Below are positions 45,001-60,417 of a stretch of 64,000 nt of DNA, piece by piece. The translations under genes were made by a program, and so were the position numbers. Numbering within the stretch: position 1 is the first letter of the stretch; each line of letters starts with the position of its first letter. The notes under the pieces are model-generated. The model was given only the letters and a program-made list of their open reading frames with translations, had not been told where the DNA came from and ran no database searches. Where the stretch lies: assembly GCF_009914755.1 (NCBI RefSeq), contig NC_060925.1, one strand, 5' to 3'. The DNA comes from the human T2T-CHM13v2.0 reference genome, Homo sapiens.

Positions 45001-48000
45001 TCATCATCAAATGGAACCGAATGGAATCCTCATTGAATGGAAATGAAAGGGGTCATCATCTAATGGAATCGCATGGAATCATCATCAAATGGAATCGAAT
45101 GGAATCATCATCAAATGGAATCTAATGGAATCATTGAACAGAATTGAATGGAATCGTCATCGAATGAATTGAATGCAATCATCGAATGGTCTCGAATGGA
45201 ATCATCTTCTAATGGAAAGGAATGGAATCATCGCATAGAATCGAATGGAATTATCATCGAATGGAATCGAATGGTATCAACACCAAACGGAAAAAAACGG
45301 AATTATCGAATGGAATCGAAGAGAATCTTCGAACGGACCCGAATGGAATCATCTAATGGAATGGAATGGAATAATCCATGGACTCGAATGCAATCATCAT
45401 CGAATGGAATCGAATGGAGTCATCGAATGGACTCGAATGGAATAATCATTGAACGGAATCGAATGGAATCATCATCGGATGGAAACGAATGGAATCATCA
45501 TCGAATGGAAATGAAAGGAGTCATCATCTAATGGAATTGCATGGAATCATCATCAAATGGAATCGAATGGAATCAACATCAAATGGAATCAAATGGAATC
45601 ATTGAACGGAATTGAATGGAATCGTCATCGAATGAATTGACTGCAATCATCGAATGGTCTCGAATGGAATCATCTTCAAATGGAATGGAATGGAATCATC
45701 GCATAGAATCGAATGGAATTATCATCGAATGGAATCGAATGGAATCAACATCAAACGGAAAAAAACAGAATTATCGTATGGAATCTAAGAGAATCATCGA
45801 ATGGACCCGAATGGAATCATCTAATGGAATGGAATGGAATAATCCATGGACTCGAATGCAATCATCATCGAATGGAATCGAATGGAATCATCAAATGGAC
45901 TCGAATGGAATAATCATTGAACGGAATCGAATGGAATCATCATCGGATGGAAATGAATGGAATCATCATCGAATGGAATCGAATAGAATTATGGAATGAA
46001 ATCCAGTGTGATCATCATCGAATGGACCCGAATGGAATCATCATCCAACGGAAGCTAATGGAATCAACATCGAATGAATCGAATGGAAACACCATCGAAT
46101 TGAAACGAATGGAATTATCATGAAATTGAAATGGATGGACACATCATCGAATGGATTCGAATGGAATCATCGAATAAAATTGATTGAAATCATCATCAAA
46201 TGGAATCGAATGGTATCATTGAATGGAATCGAATGGAATCATCATCAGATGGAAATGAATGGAATCGTCATAGAATGGAATCGAATGGATTCATTGAATG
46301 GAATCAGATGGAATCATCGAATGGACTGGAATGGAATCATTGAATGGACTCGAAAGGGATCATGATTGAATGGAATTGAATGGAATCATCGAATGGTCTC
46401 GATTGGAATCATTATCAAATGGAATCGAATGGAATCACCGAATAGAATCGAATGGAACAATCATCGAATGGACTCAAATGGAATTATCCTCCAATGGAAT
46501 CGAATGGAATTATCGAATGCAATCGAATGGAATTATCGAATGCAATCGAATAGAATCTTCGAATGGACTCGAATGGAATCATCGAATGGAATGGAATGGA
46601 ACAGTCAATGAACTCGAATGGAATCATCATTGAAAGGAATCGAATGGAATCATCGAGTGGAATCGAATGGAATTATGATCAAATGGAATCGAATGTAATC
46701 ATCATCAAATGGAATCAAAAATAACCATCATCAATTGGTATTGAATGGAATTGTCATCAAATGGAATTCAAAGGAATCATCATCAAATGGAACCGAATGG
46801 AATCCTCATTGAATGGAAATGAAAGGGGTCATCATCTAATGGAATCGCATGGAATCATCATCAAATGTAATCGAATGGAATCATCATCAAATGGAATCTA
46901 ATGGAATCATTGAACAGAATTGAATGGAATCGTCATCGAATGAATTGAATGCAATCATCGAATGGTCTCGAATGGAATCATCTTCTAATGGAAAGGAATG
47001 GAATCATCGCATAGAATCGAATGGAATTATCATCGAATGGAATCGAATGGTATCAACACCAAACGGAAAAAAACGGAATTATCGAATGGAATCGAAGAGA
47101 ATCTTCGAACGGACCCGAATGGAATCATCTAATGGAATGGAATGGAATAATCCATGGACTCGAATGCAATCATCATCGAATGGAATCGAATGGAATCATC
47201 GAATGGACTCGAATGGAATAATCATTGAACGGAATCGAATGGAATCATCATCGGATGGAAATGAATGGAATCATCATCGAATGGAAATGAAAGGAGTCAT
47301 CATCTAATGGAATTGCATGGAATCATCATAAAATGGAATCGAATGGAATCAACATCAAATGGAATCAAATGGAATCATTGAACGGAATTGAATGGAATCG
47401 TCATCGAATGAATTGACTGCAATCATCGAATGGTCTCGAATGGAATCATCTTCAAATGGAAGGGAATGGAATCATCGCATAGAATCGAATGGAATTATCA
47501 TCGAATGGAATCGAATGGAATCAACATCAAACGGAAAAAAACAGAATTATCGTATGGAATCGAAGAGAATCATCGAATGGACCCGAATGGAATCATCTAA
47601 TGGAATGGAATGGAATAATCCATGGACTCGAATGCAATCATCATCGAATGGAATCGAATGGAATCATCGAATGGACTCGAATGGAATAATCATTGAACGG
47701 AATCGAATGGAATCATCATCGGATGGAAATGAATGGAATCATCATCGAATGGAATCGAATAGAATTATGGAATGAAATCCAGTGTGATCATCATCGAATG
47801 GACCCGAATGGAATCATCATCCAACGGAAGCTAATGGAATCAACATCGAATGAATCGAATGGAAACATCATCGAATTGAAACGAATGGAATTATCATGAA
47901 ATTGAAATGGATGGACTCATCATCGAATGGATTCGAATGGAATCATCGAATAAAATTGATTGAAATCATCATCCAATGGAATCGAATGGTATCATTGAAT

Positions 48001-48699
48001 GGAATCGAATGGAATCATCATCAGATGGAAATGAATGGAATCGTCATAGAATGGAATCGAATGGATTCATTGAATGGAATCAGATGGAATCATCGAATGG
48101 ACTGGAATGGAATCATTGAATGGACTCGAAAGGGATCATGATTGAATGGAATTGAATGGAATCATCGAATGGTCTCGATTGGAATCATTATCAAATGGAA
48201 TCGAATGGAATCACCGAATAGAATCGAATGGAACAATCATCGAATGGACTCAAATGGAATTATCCTCAAATGGAATCGAATGGAATTATCGAATGCAATC
48301 GAATGGAATTATCGAATGCAATCGAATAGAATCATCGAAAGGACTCGAATGGAATCATCGAATGGAATGGAATGGAACAGTCAATGAACTCGAATGGAAT
48401 CATCATTGAATGGAATCGAATGGAATCATCGAGTGGAATCGAATGGAATTATGATCAAATGGAATCGAATGTAATCATCATCAAATGGAATCAAAAATAA
48501 CCATCAACAATTGGTATTGAATGGAATTGTCATCAAATGGAATTCAAAGGAATCATCATCAAATGGAACCGAATGGAATCCTCATTGAATGGAAATGAAA
48601 GGGGTCATCATCTAATGGAATCGCATGGAATCATCATCAAATGGAATCGAATGGAATCATCATCAAATGGAATCTAATGGAATCATTGAACAGAATTGA

Positions 48700-50007
48700 A
48701 TGGAATCGTCATCGAATGAATTGAATGCAATCATCGAATGGTCTCGAATGGAATCATCTTCTAATGGAAAGGAATGGAATCATCGCATAGAATCGAATGT
48801 AATTAACATTGAATGGACTCGAATGGAATCAACATCAAATGGAATCAAGCGGAATTATCGAATGAAATTGAAGAGAATCATCGAATGGACTCGAATGGAA
48901 TCATCTAATGGAATGGAATGGAATAATCCACGGACTCGAATGCAATCATCATCGTATAAAATCGAATGGAATCATCGAATGGACTCGAATGGAATAATCA
49001 TTGAACGGAATCGAATGGAATCATCATCGGATGGAAATGAATGGAATCATCATCGAATGGAATCCAATAGAATTATGGAATGAAATCCAGTGTGATCATC
49101 ATCGAATGGACCCGAATGGAATCATCATCCAACGGAAGCTAATGGAATCAACATCGAATGAATCAAATGGAAACATCATCGAATTGAAACGAATGGAATT
49201 ATCATGAAATTGAAATGGATGGACTCATCATCGAATGGATTCGAATGGAATCATCGAATAAAATTGATTGAAATCATCATCGAATGGAATCGAATGGTAT
49301 CATTGAATGGAATCGAATGGAATCATCATCAGATGGAAATGAATGGAATCGTCATAGAATGGAATCGAATGGATTCATTGAATGGAATCAGATGGAATCA
49401 TCGAATGGACTGGAATGGAATCATTGAATGGACTCGAAAGGGAGCATGATTGAATGGAATTGAATGGAATCATCGAATGGTCTCGATTGGAATCATTATC
49501 AAATGGAATCGAATGGAATCACCGAATAGAATCGAATGGAACAATCATCGAATGGACTCAAATGGAATTATCCTCAAATGGAATCGAATGGAATTATCGA
49601 ATGCAATCGAATGGAATTATCGAATGCAATCGAATAGAATCATCGAATGGACTCGAATGGAATCATCGAATGGAATGGAATGGAACAGTCAATGAACTCG
49701 AATGGAATCATCATTGAATGGAATCGAATGGAATCATCGAGTGGAATCGAATGGAATTATGATCAAATGGAATCGAATGTAATCATCATCAAATGGAATC
49801 AAAAATAACCATCATCAATTGGTATTGAATGGAATTGTCATCAAATGGAATTCAAAGGAATCATCATCAAATGGAACCGAATGGAATCCTCATTGAATGG
49901 AAATGAAAGGGGTCATCATCTAATGGAATCGCATGGAATCATCATCAAATGGAATCGAATGGAATCATCATCAAATGGAATCTAATGGAATCATTGAACA
50001 GAATTGA
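48700..50007. repeat. 1308-bp variant unit with a single chimeric 468-bp subunit containing a divergent patch
   Basis: Spacing 48700 to 50008 equals 1776 minus 468. The subunit has an A-type start, a divergent middle (48800-48959) and a B-type end. Confidence 0.92.
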
Positions 50008-51070
50008 ATGGAATCGTCATCGAATGAATTGAATGCAATCATCGAATGGTCTCGAATGGAATCATCTTCTAATGGAAAGGAATGGAATCATCGCATAGAA
50101 TCGAATGGAATTATCATCGAATGGAATCGAATGGTATCAACACCAAACGGAAAAAAACGGAATTATCGAATGGAATCGAAGAGAATCTTCGAACGGACCC
50201 GAATGGAATCATCTAATGGAATGGAATGGAATAATCCATGGACTCGAATGCAATCATCATCGAATGGAATCGAATGGAATCATCGAATGGACTCGAATGG
50301 AATAATCATTGAACGGAATCGAATGGAATCATCATCGGATGGAAACGAATGGAATCATCATCGAATGGAAATGAAAGGAGTCATCATCTAATGGAATTGC
50401 ATGGAATCATCATAAAATGGAATCGAATGGAATCAACATCAAATGGAATCAAATGGATTCATTGAACGGAATTGAATGGAATCGTCATCGAATGAATTGA
50501 CTGCAATCATCGAATGGTCTCGAATGGAATCATCTTCAAATGGAATGGAATGGAATCATCGCATAGAATCGAATGGAATTATCATCGAATGGAATCGAAT
50601 GGAATCAACATCAAACGGAAAAAAACGGAATTATCGAATGGAATCGAAGAGAATCATCGAATGGACCCGAATGGAATCATCTAATGGAATGGAATGGAAT
50701 AATCCATGGACTCGAATGCAATCATCATCGAATGGAATCGAATGGAATCATCGAATGAACTCGAATGGAATCATCATTGAATGGAATCGAATGGAATCAT
50801 CGAGTGGAATCGAATGGAATTATGATCAAATGGAATCGAATGTAATCATCATCAAATGGAATCAAAAATAACCATCTTCAATTGGTATTGAATGGAATTG
50901 TCATCAAATGGAATTCAAAGGAATCATCATCAAATGGAACCGAATGGAATCCTCATTGAATGGAAATGAAAGGGGTCATCATCTAATGGAATCGCATGGA
51001 ATCATCATCAAATGGAATCGAATAGAATCATCATCAAATGGAATCTAATGGAATCATTGAACAGAATTGA
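50008..51070. repeat. 1063-bp variant unit with a 713-bp internal deletion
   Basis: Spacing 50008 to 51071. The junction ATCATCGAATG|AACTCGAATGGAATCATCATTG lies at ~50757, and the landmarks CCAGTGTG and GGAAGCT are missing from this unit. Confidence 0.93.
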
Positions 51071-54000
51071 ATGGAATCGTCATCGAATGAATTGAATGCA
51101 ATCATCGAATGGTCTCGAATGGAATCATCTTCTAATGGAAAGGAATGGAATCATCGCATAGAATCGAATGGAATTATCATCGAATGGAATCGAATGGTAT
51201 CAACACCAAACGGAAAAAAACGGAATTATCGAATGGAATCGAAGAGAATCTTCGAACGGACCCGAATGGAATCATCTAATGGAATGGAATGGAATAATCC
51301 ATGGACTCGAATGCAATCATCATCGAATGGAATCGTGTGGAATCATCGAATGGACTCGAATGGAATAATCATTGAACGGAATCGAATGGAATCATCATCG
51401 GATGGAAACGAATGGAATCATCATCGAATGGAAATGAAAGCAGTCATCATCTAATGGAATTGCATGGAATCATCATAAAATGGAATCGAATGGAATCAAC
51501 ATCAAATGGAATCAAATGGAATCATTGAACGGAATTGAATGGAATCGTCATCGAATGAATTGACTGCAATCATCGAATGGTCTCGAATGGAATCATCTTC
51601 AAATGGAATGGAATGGAATCATCGCATAGAATCGAATGGAATTATCATCGAATGGAATCGAATGGAATCAACATCAAACGGAAAAAAACGGAATTATCGA
51701 ATGGAATCGAAGAGAATCATCGAATGGACCCGAATGGAATCATCTAATGGAATGGAATGGAATAATCCATGGACTCGAATGCAATCATCATCGAATGGAA
51801 TCGAATGGAATCATCGAATGGACTCGAATGGAATAATCATTGAACGGAAACGAATGGAATCATCATCGGATGGAAATGAATGGAATCATCATGGAATGGA
51901 ATCGAATAGAATTATGGAATGAAATCCAGTGTGATCATCATCGAATGGACCCGAATGGAATCATCATCCAACGGAAGCTAATGGAATCAACATCGAATGA
52001 ATCGAATGGAAACACCATCGAATTGAAACGAATGGAATTATCATGAAATTGAAATGGATGGACTCATCATCGAATGGATTCGAATGGAATCATCGAATAA
52101 AATTGATTGAAATCATCATCGAATGGAATCGAATGGTATCATTGAATGGAATCGAATGGAATCATCATCAGATGGAAATGAATGGAATCGTCATAGAATG
52201 GAATCGAATGGATTCATTGAATGGAATCAGATGGAATCATCGAATGGACTGGAATGGAATCATTGAATGGACTCGAAAGGGATCATGATTGAATGGAATT
52301 GAATGGAATCATCGAATGGTCTGGATTGGAATCATTATCAAATGGAATCGAATGGAATCACCGAATAGAATCGAATGGAACAATCATCGAATGGACTCAA
52401 ATGGAATTATCCTCAAATGGAATCGAATGGAATTATCGAATGCAATCGAATGGAATTATCGAATGCAATCGAATAGAATCATCGAATGGACTCGAATGGA
52501 ATCATCGAATGGAATAGAATGGAACAGTCAATGAACTCGAATGGAATCATCATTGAATGGAATCGAATGGAATCATCGAGTGGAATCGAATGGAATTATG
52601 ATCAAATGGAATCGAATGTAATCATCATCAAATGGAATCAAAAATAACCATCATCAATTGGTATTGAATGGAATTGTCATCAAATGGAATTCAAAGGAAT
52701 CATCATCAAATGGAACCGAATGGAATCCTCATTGAATGGAAATGAAAGGGGTCATCATCTAATGGAATCGCATGGAATCATCATCAAATGGAATCGAATG
52801 GAATCATCATCAAATGGAATCTAATGGAATCATTGAACAGAATTGAATGGAATGGTCATCGAATGAATTGAATGCAATCATCGAATGGTCTCGAATGGAA
52901 TCATCTTCTAATGGAAAGGAATGGAATCATCGCATAGAATCGAATGGAATTATCATCGAATGGAATCGAATGGTATCAACACCAAACGGAAAAAAACGGA
53001 ATTATCGAATGGAATCGAAGAGAATCTTCGAACGGACCCGAATGGAATCATCTAATGGAATGGAATGGAATAATCCATGGACTCGAATGCAATCATCATC
53101 GAATGGAATCGAATGGAATCATCGAATGGACTCGAATGGAATAATCATTGAACGGAATCGAATGGAATCATCATCGGATGGAAACGAATGGAATCATCAT
53201 CGAATGGAAATGAAAGGAGTCATCATCTAATGGAATTGCATGGAATCATCATAAAATGGAATCGAATGGAATCAACATCAAATGGAATCAAATGGAATCA
53301 TTGAACGGAATTGAATGGAATCGTCATCGAATGAATTGACTGCAATCATCCAATGGTCTCGAATGGAATCATCTTCAAATGGAATGGAATGGAATCATCG
53401 CATAGAATCGAATGGAATTATCATCGAATGGAATCGAATGGAATCAACATCAAACGGAAAAAAACGGAATTATCGAATGGAATCGAAGAGAATCATCGAA
53501 TGGACCCGAATGGAATCATCTAATGGAATGGAATGGAATAATCCATGGACTCGAATGCAATCATCATCGAATGGAATCGAATGGAATCATCGAATGGACT
53601 CGAATGGAATAATCATTGAACGGAAACGAATGGAATCATCATCGGATGGAAATGAATGGAATCATCATGGAATGGAATCGAATAGAATTATGGAATGAAA
53701 TCCAGTGTGATCATCATCGAATGGACCCGAATGGAATCATCATCCAACGGAAGCTAATGGAATCAACATCGAATGAATCGAATGGAAACACCATCGAATT
53801 GAAACGAATGGAATTATCATGAAATTGAAATGGATGGACTCATCATCGAATGGATTCGAATGGAATCATCGAATAAAATTGATTGAAATCATCATCCAAT
53901 GGAATCGAATGGTATCATTGAATGGAATCGAATGGAATCATCATCAGATGGAAATGAATGGAATCGTCATAGAATGGAATCGAATGGATTCATTGAATGG

Positions 54001-56398
54001 AATCAGACGGAATCATCGAATGGACTGGAATGGAATCATTGAATGGACTCGAAAGGGATCATGATTGAATGGAATTGAATGGAATCATCGAATGGTCTCG
54101 ATTGGAATCATTATCAAATGGAATCGAATGGAATCACCGAATAGAATCGAATGGAACAATCATCGAATGGACTCAAATGGAATTATCCTCAAATGGAATC
54201 GAATGGAATTATCGAATGCAATCGAATGGAATTATCGAATGCAATCGAATAGAATCATCGAATGGACTCGAATGGAATCATCGAATGGAATAGAATGGAA
54301 CAGTCAATGAACTCGAATGGAATCATCATTGAATGGAATCGAATGGAATCATCGAGTGGAATCGAATGGAATTATGATCAAATGGAATCGAATGTAATCA
54401 TCATCAAATGGAATCAAAAATAACCATCATCAATTGGTATTGAATGGAATTGTCATCAAATGGAATTCAAAGGAATCATCATCAAATGGAACCGAATGGA
54501 ATCCTCATTGAATGGAAATGAAAGGGGTCATCATCTAATGGAATCGCATGGAATCATCATCAAATGGAATCGAATGGAATCATCATCAAATGGAATCTAA
54601 TGGAATCATTGAACAGAATTGAATGGAATGGTCATCGAATGAATTGAATGCAATCATCGAATGGTCTCGAATGGAATCATCTTCTAATGGAAAGGAATGG
54701 AATCATCGCATAGAATCGAATGGAATTATCATCGAATGGAATCGAATGGTATCAACACCAAACGGAAAAAAACGGAATTATCGAATGGAATCGAAGAGAA
54801 TCTTCGAACGGACCCGAATGGAATCATCTAATGGAATGGAATGGAATAATCCATGGACTCGAATGCAATCATCATCGAATGGAATCGAATGGAATCATCG
54901 AATGGACTCGAATGGAATAATCATTGAACGGAATCGAATGGAATCATCATCGGATGGAAACGAATGGAATCATCATCGAATGGAAATGAAAGGAGTCATC
55001 ATCTAATGGAATTGCATGGAATCATCATAAAATGGAATCGAATGGAATCAACATCAAATGGAATCAAATGGAATCATTGAACGGAATTGAATGGAATCGT
55101 CATCGAATGAATTGACTGCAATCATCCAATGGTCTCGAATGGAATCATCTTCAAATGGAATGGAATGGAATCATCGCATAGAATCGAATGGAATTATCAT
55201 CGAATGGAATCGAATGGAATCAACATCAAACGGAAAAAAACGGAATTATCGAATGGAATCGAAGAGAATCATCGAATGCACCCGAATGGAATCATCTAAT
55301 GGAATGGAATGGAATAATCCATGGACTCGAATGCAATCATCATCGAATGGAATCGAATGGAATCATCGAATGGACTCGAATGGAATAATCATTGAACGGA
55401 ATCGAATGGAATCATCATCGGATGGAAATGAATGGAATCATCATCGAATGGAATCGAATAGAATTATGGAATGAAATCCAGTGTGATCATCATCGAATGG
55501 ACCCGAATGGAATCATCATCCAACGGAAGCTAATGGAATCAACATCGAATGAATCAAATGGAAACACCATCGAATTGAAACGAATGGAATTATCATGAAA
55601 TTGAAATGGATGGACTCATCATCGAATGGATTCGAATGGAATCATCGAATAAAATTGATTGAAATCATCATCGAATGGAATCGAATGGTATCATTGAATG
55701 GAATCGAATGGAATCATCATCAGATGGAAATGAATGGAATCGTCATAGAATGGAATCGAATGGATTCATTGAATGGAATCAGATGGAATCATCGAATGGA
55801 CTGGAATGGAATCATTGAATGGACTCGAAAGGGATCATTATTGAATGGAATTGAATGGAATCATCGAATGGTCTCGATTGGAATCATTATCAAATGGAAT
55901 CGAATGGAATCACCGAATAGAATCGAATGGAACAATCATCGAATGGACTCAAATGGAATTATCCTCAAATGGAGTCGAATGGAATTATCGAATGCAATCG
56001 AATGGAATTATCGAATGCAATCGAATAGAATCATCGAATGGACTCGAATGGAATCATCGAATGGAATGGAATGGAACAGTCAATGAACTCGAATGGAATC
56101 ATCATTGAATGGAATCGAATGGAATCATCGAGTGGAATCGAATGGAATTATGATCAAATGGAATCGAATGTAATCATCATCAAATGGAATCAAAAATAAC
56201 CATCATCAATTGGTATTGAATGGAATTGTCATCAAATGGAATTCAAAGGAATCATCATCAAATGGAACCGAATGGAATCCTCATTGAATGGAAATGAAAG
56301 GGGTCATCATCTAATGGAATCGCATGGAATCATCATCAAATGGAATCGAATGGAATCATCATCAAATGGAATCTAATGGAATCATTGAACAGAATTGA

Positions 56399-58641
56399 AT
56401 GGAATCTTCATCGAATGCATTGAATGCAATCATCGAATGGTCTCGAATGGAATCATCTTCTAATGGAAAGGAATGGAATCATCGCATAGAATCGAATGGA
56501 ATTATCATCGAATGGAATCGAATGGTATGAACACCAAACGGAAAAAAACGGAATTATCGAATGGAATCGAAGAGAATCTTCGAACGGACCCGAATGGAAT
56601 CATCTAATGGAATGGAATGGAATAATCCATGGACTCGAATGCAATCATCATCGAATGGAATCGAATGGAATCATCGAATGGACTCGAATGGAATAATCAT
56701 TGAACGGAATCGAATGGAATCATCATCGGATGGAAACGAATGGAATCATCATCGAATGGAAATGAAAGGGTCATCATCTAATGGAATTGCATGGAATCAT
56801 CATAAAATGGAATCGAATGGAATCAACATCAAATGGAATCAAATGGAATCATTGAACGGCATTGAATGGAAGCGTCATCGAATGAATTGAATGCAATCAT
56901 CGAATGGTCTCGAATGTAATCATCTTCTAATGGAAAGGAATGGAATCATCGCATAGAATCGAATGGAATTATCATCGAATGGAATCGAATGGTATCAACA
57001 CCAAACGGAAAAAAACGGAATTATCGAATGGAATCGAAGAGAATCTTCGAACGGACCCGAATGGAATCATCTAATGGAATGGAATGGAATAATCCATGGA
57101 CTCGAATGCAATCATCATCGAATGGAATCGAATGGAATCATCGAATGGGCTCGAATGGAATAATCATTGAACGGAATCGAATGGAATCATTATCAGATGG
57201 AAACGAATGGAATCATCATCGAATGGAAATGAAAGGAGTCATCATCTAATGGAATTGCATGGAATCATCATAAAATGGAATCGAATGGAATCAACATCAA
57301 ATGGAATCAAATGGAATCATTGAACGGAATTGAATGGAATCGTCATCGAATAAATTGACTGCAATCATCGAATAGTCTCGAATGGAATCATCTTCAAATG
57401 GAATGGAATGGAATCATCGCATAGAATCGAATGGAATCATCATCGAATGGAATCGAATGGAATCAACATCAAACGGAAAAAAACGGAATTATCGTATGGA
57501 ATCGAAGAGAATCATCGAATGGACCCGAATGGAATCATCTAATGGAATGGAATGGAATAATCCATGGACTCGAATGCAATCATCATCGAATGGAATCGAA
57601 TGGAATCATCGAATGGACTCGAATGGAATAATCATTGAACGGAATCGAATGGAATCATCATCGGATGGAAATGAATGGAATCATCATCGAATGGAATCGA
57701 ATAGAATTATGGAATGAAATCCAGTGTGATCATCATCGAATGGACCCGAATGGAATCATCATCCAACGGAAGCTAATGGAATCAACATTGAATGAATCGA
57801 ATGGAAACACCATCGAATTGAAACGAATGGAATTATCATGAAATTGAAATGGATGGACTCATCATCGAATGGATTCGAATGGAATCATCGAATAAAATTG
57901 ATTGAAATCATCATCCAATGGAATCGAATGGTATCATTGAATGGAATCGAATGGAATCATCATCAGATGGAAATGAATGGAATCGTCATAGAATGGAATC
58001 GAATGGATTCATTGAATGGAATCAGATGGAATCATCGAATGGACTGGAATGGAATCATTGAATGGACTCGAAAGGGATCATGATTGAATGGAATTGAATG
58101 GAATCATCGAATGGTCTCGATTGGAATCATTATCAAATGGAATCGAATGGAATCACCGAATAGAATCGAATGGAACAATCATCGAATGGACTCAAATGGA
58201 ATTATCCTCAAATGGAATCGAATGGAATTATCGAATGCAATCGAATGGAATTATCGAATGCAATCGAATAGAATCATCGAATGGACTCGAATGGAATCAT
58301 CGAATGGAATAGAATGGAACAGTCAATGAACTCGAATGGAATCATCATTGAATGGAATCGAATGGAATCATCGAGTGGAATCGAATGGAATTATGATCAA
58401 ATGGAATCGAATGTAATCATCATGAAATGGAATCAAAAATAACCATCATCAATTGGTATTGAATGGAATTGTCATCAAATGGAATTCAAAGGAATCATCA
58501 TCAAATGGAACCGAATGGAATCCTCATTGAATGGAAATGAAAGGGGTCATCATCTAATGGAATCGCATGGAATCATCATCAAATGGAATCAAATGGAATC
58601 ATCATCAAATGGAATCTAATGGAATCATTGAACAGAATTGA
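56399..58641. repeat. 2243-bp variant unit with three copies of the 468-bp subunit (A-A-B) and a 1-bp deletion
   Basis: The 66-aa landmark ORFs lie at 56496, 56963 and 57431 (467 and 468 bp apart). AAAGGGTC at ~56766 is one base shorter than the usual AAAGGAGTC/AAAGGGGTC. Confidence 0.92.
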
Positions 58642-60417
58642 ATGGAATCGTCATCGAATGAATTGAATGCAATCATCGAATGGTCTCGAATGGAATCATC
58701 TTCTAATGGAAAGGAATGGAATCATCGCATAGAATCGAATGGAATTATCATCGAATGGAATCGAATGGTATCAACACCAAACGGAAAAAAACGGAATTAT
58801 CGAATGGAATCGAAGAGAATCTTCGAACGGACCCGAATGGAATCATCTAATGGAATGGAATGGAATAATCCATGGACTCGAATGCAATCATCATCGAATG
58901 GAATGGAATGGAATCATCGAATGGACTCGAATGGAATAATCATTGAACGGAATCGAATGGAATCATTATCAGATGGAAACGAATGGAATCATCATCGAAT
59001 GGAAATGAAAGGAGTCATCATGTAATGGAATTGCATGGAATCATCATAAAATGGAATCGAATGGAATCAACATCAAATGGAATCAAATGGAATCATTGAA
59101 CGGAATTGAATGGAATCGTCATCGAATGAATTGACTGCAATCATCGAATGGTCTCGAATGGAATCATCTTCAAATCGAATGGAATGGAATCATCGCATAG
59201 AATCGAATGGAATTATCATCGAATGGAATCGAATGGAATCAACATCAAACGGAAAAAAACGGAATTATCGTATGGAATCGAAGAGAATCATCGAATGGAC
59301 CCGAATGGAATCATCTAATGGAATGGAATGGAATAATCCATGGACTCGAATGCAATCATCATCGAATGGAATCGAATGGAATCATCGAATGGACTCGAAT
59401 GGAATAATCATTGAACGGAATCGAATGGAATCATCATCGGATGGAAATGAATGGAATCATCATCGAATGGAATCGAATAGAATTATGGAATGAAATCCAG
59501 TGTGATCATCATCGAATGGACCCGAATGGAATCATCATCCAACGGAAGCTAATGGAATCAACATCGAATGAATCGAATGGAAACACCATCGAATTGAAAC
59601 GAATGGAATTATCATGAAATTGAAATGGATGGACTCATCATCGAATGGATTCGAATGGAATCATCGAATAAAATTGATGGAAATCATCATCCAATGGAAT
59701 CGAATGGTATCATTGAATGGAATCGAATGGAATCAACATCAGATGGAAATGAATGGAATCGTCATAGAATGGAATCGAATGGATTCATTGAATGGAATCA
59801 GATGGAATCATCGAATGGACTGGAATGGAATCATTGAATGGACTCGAAAGGGATCATGATTGAATGGAATTGAATGGAATCATCGAATGGTCTCGATTGG
59901 AATCATTATCAAATGGAATCGAATGGAATCACCGAATAGAATCGAATGGAACAATCATCGAATGGACTCAAATGGAATTATCCTCCAATGGAATCGAATG
60001 GAATTATCGAATGCAATCGAATGGAATTATCGAATGCAATCGAATAGAATCATCGAATGGACTCGAATGGAATCATCGAATGGAATGGAATGGAACAGTC
60101 AATGAACTCGAATGGAATCATCATTGAATGGAATCGAATGGAATCATCGAGTGGAATCGAATGGAATTATGATCAAATGGAATCGAATGTAATCATCATC
60201 AAATGGAATCAAAAATAACCATCATCAATTGGTATTGAATGGAATTGTCATCAAATGGAATTCAAAGGAATCATCATCAAATGGAACCGAATGGAATCCT
60301 CATTGAATGGAAATGAAAGGGGTCATCATCTAATGGAATCGCATGGAATCATCATCAAATGGAATCGAATGGAATCATCATCAAATGGAATCTAATGGAA
60401 TCATTGAACAGAATTGA

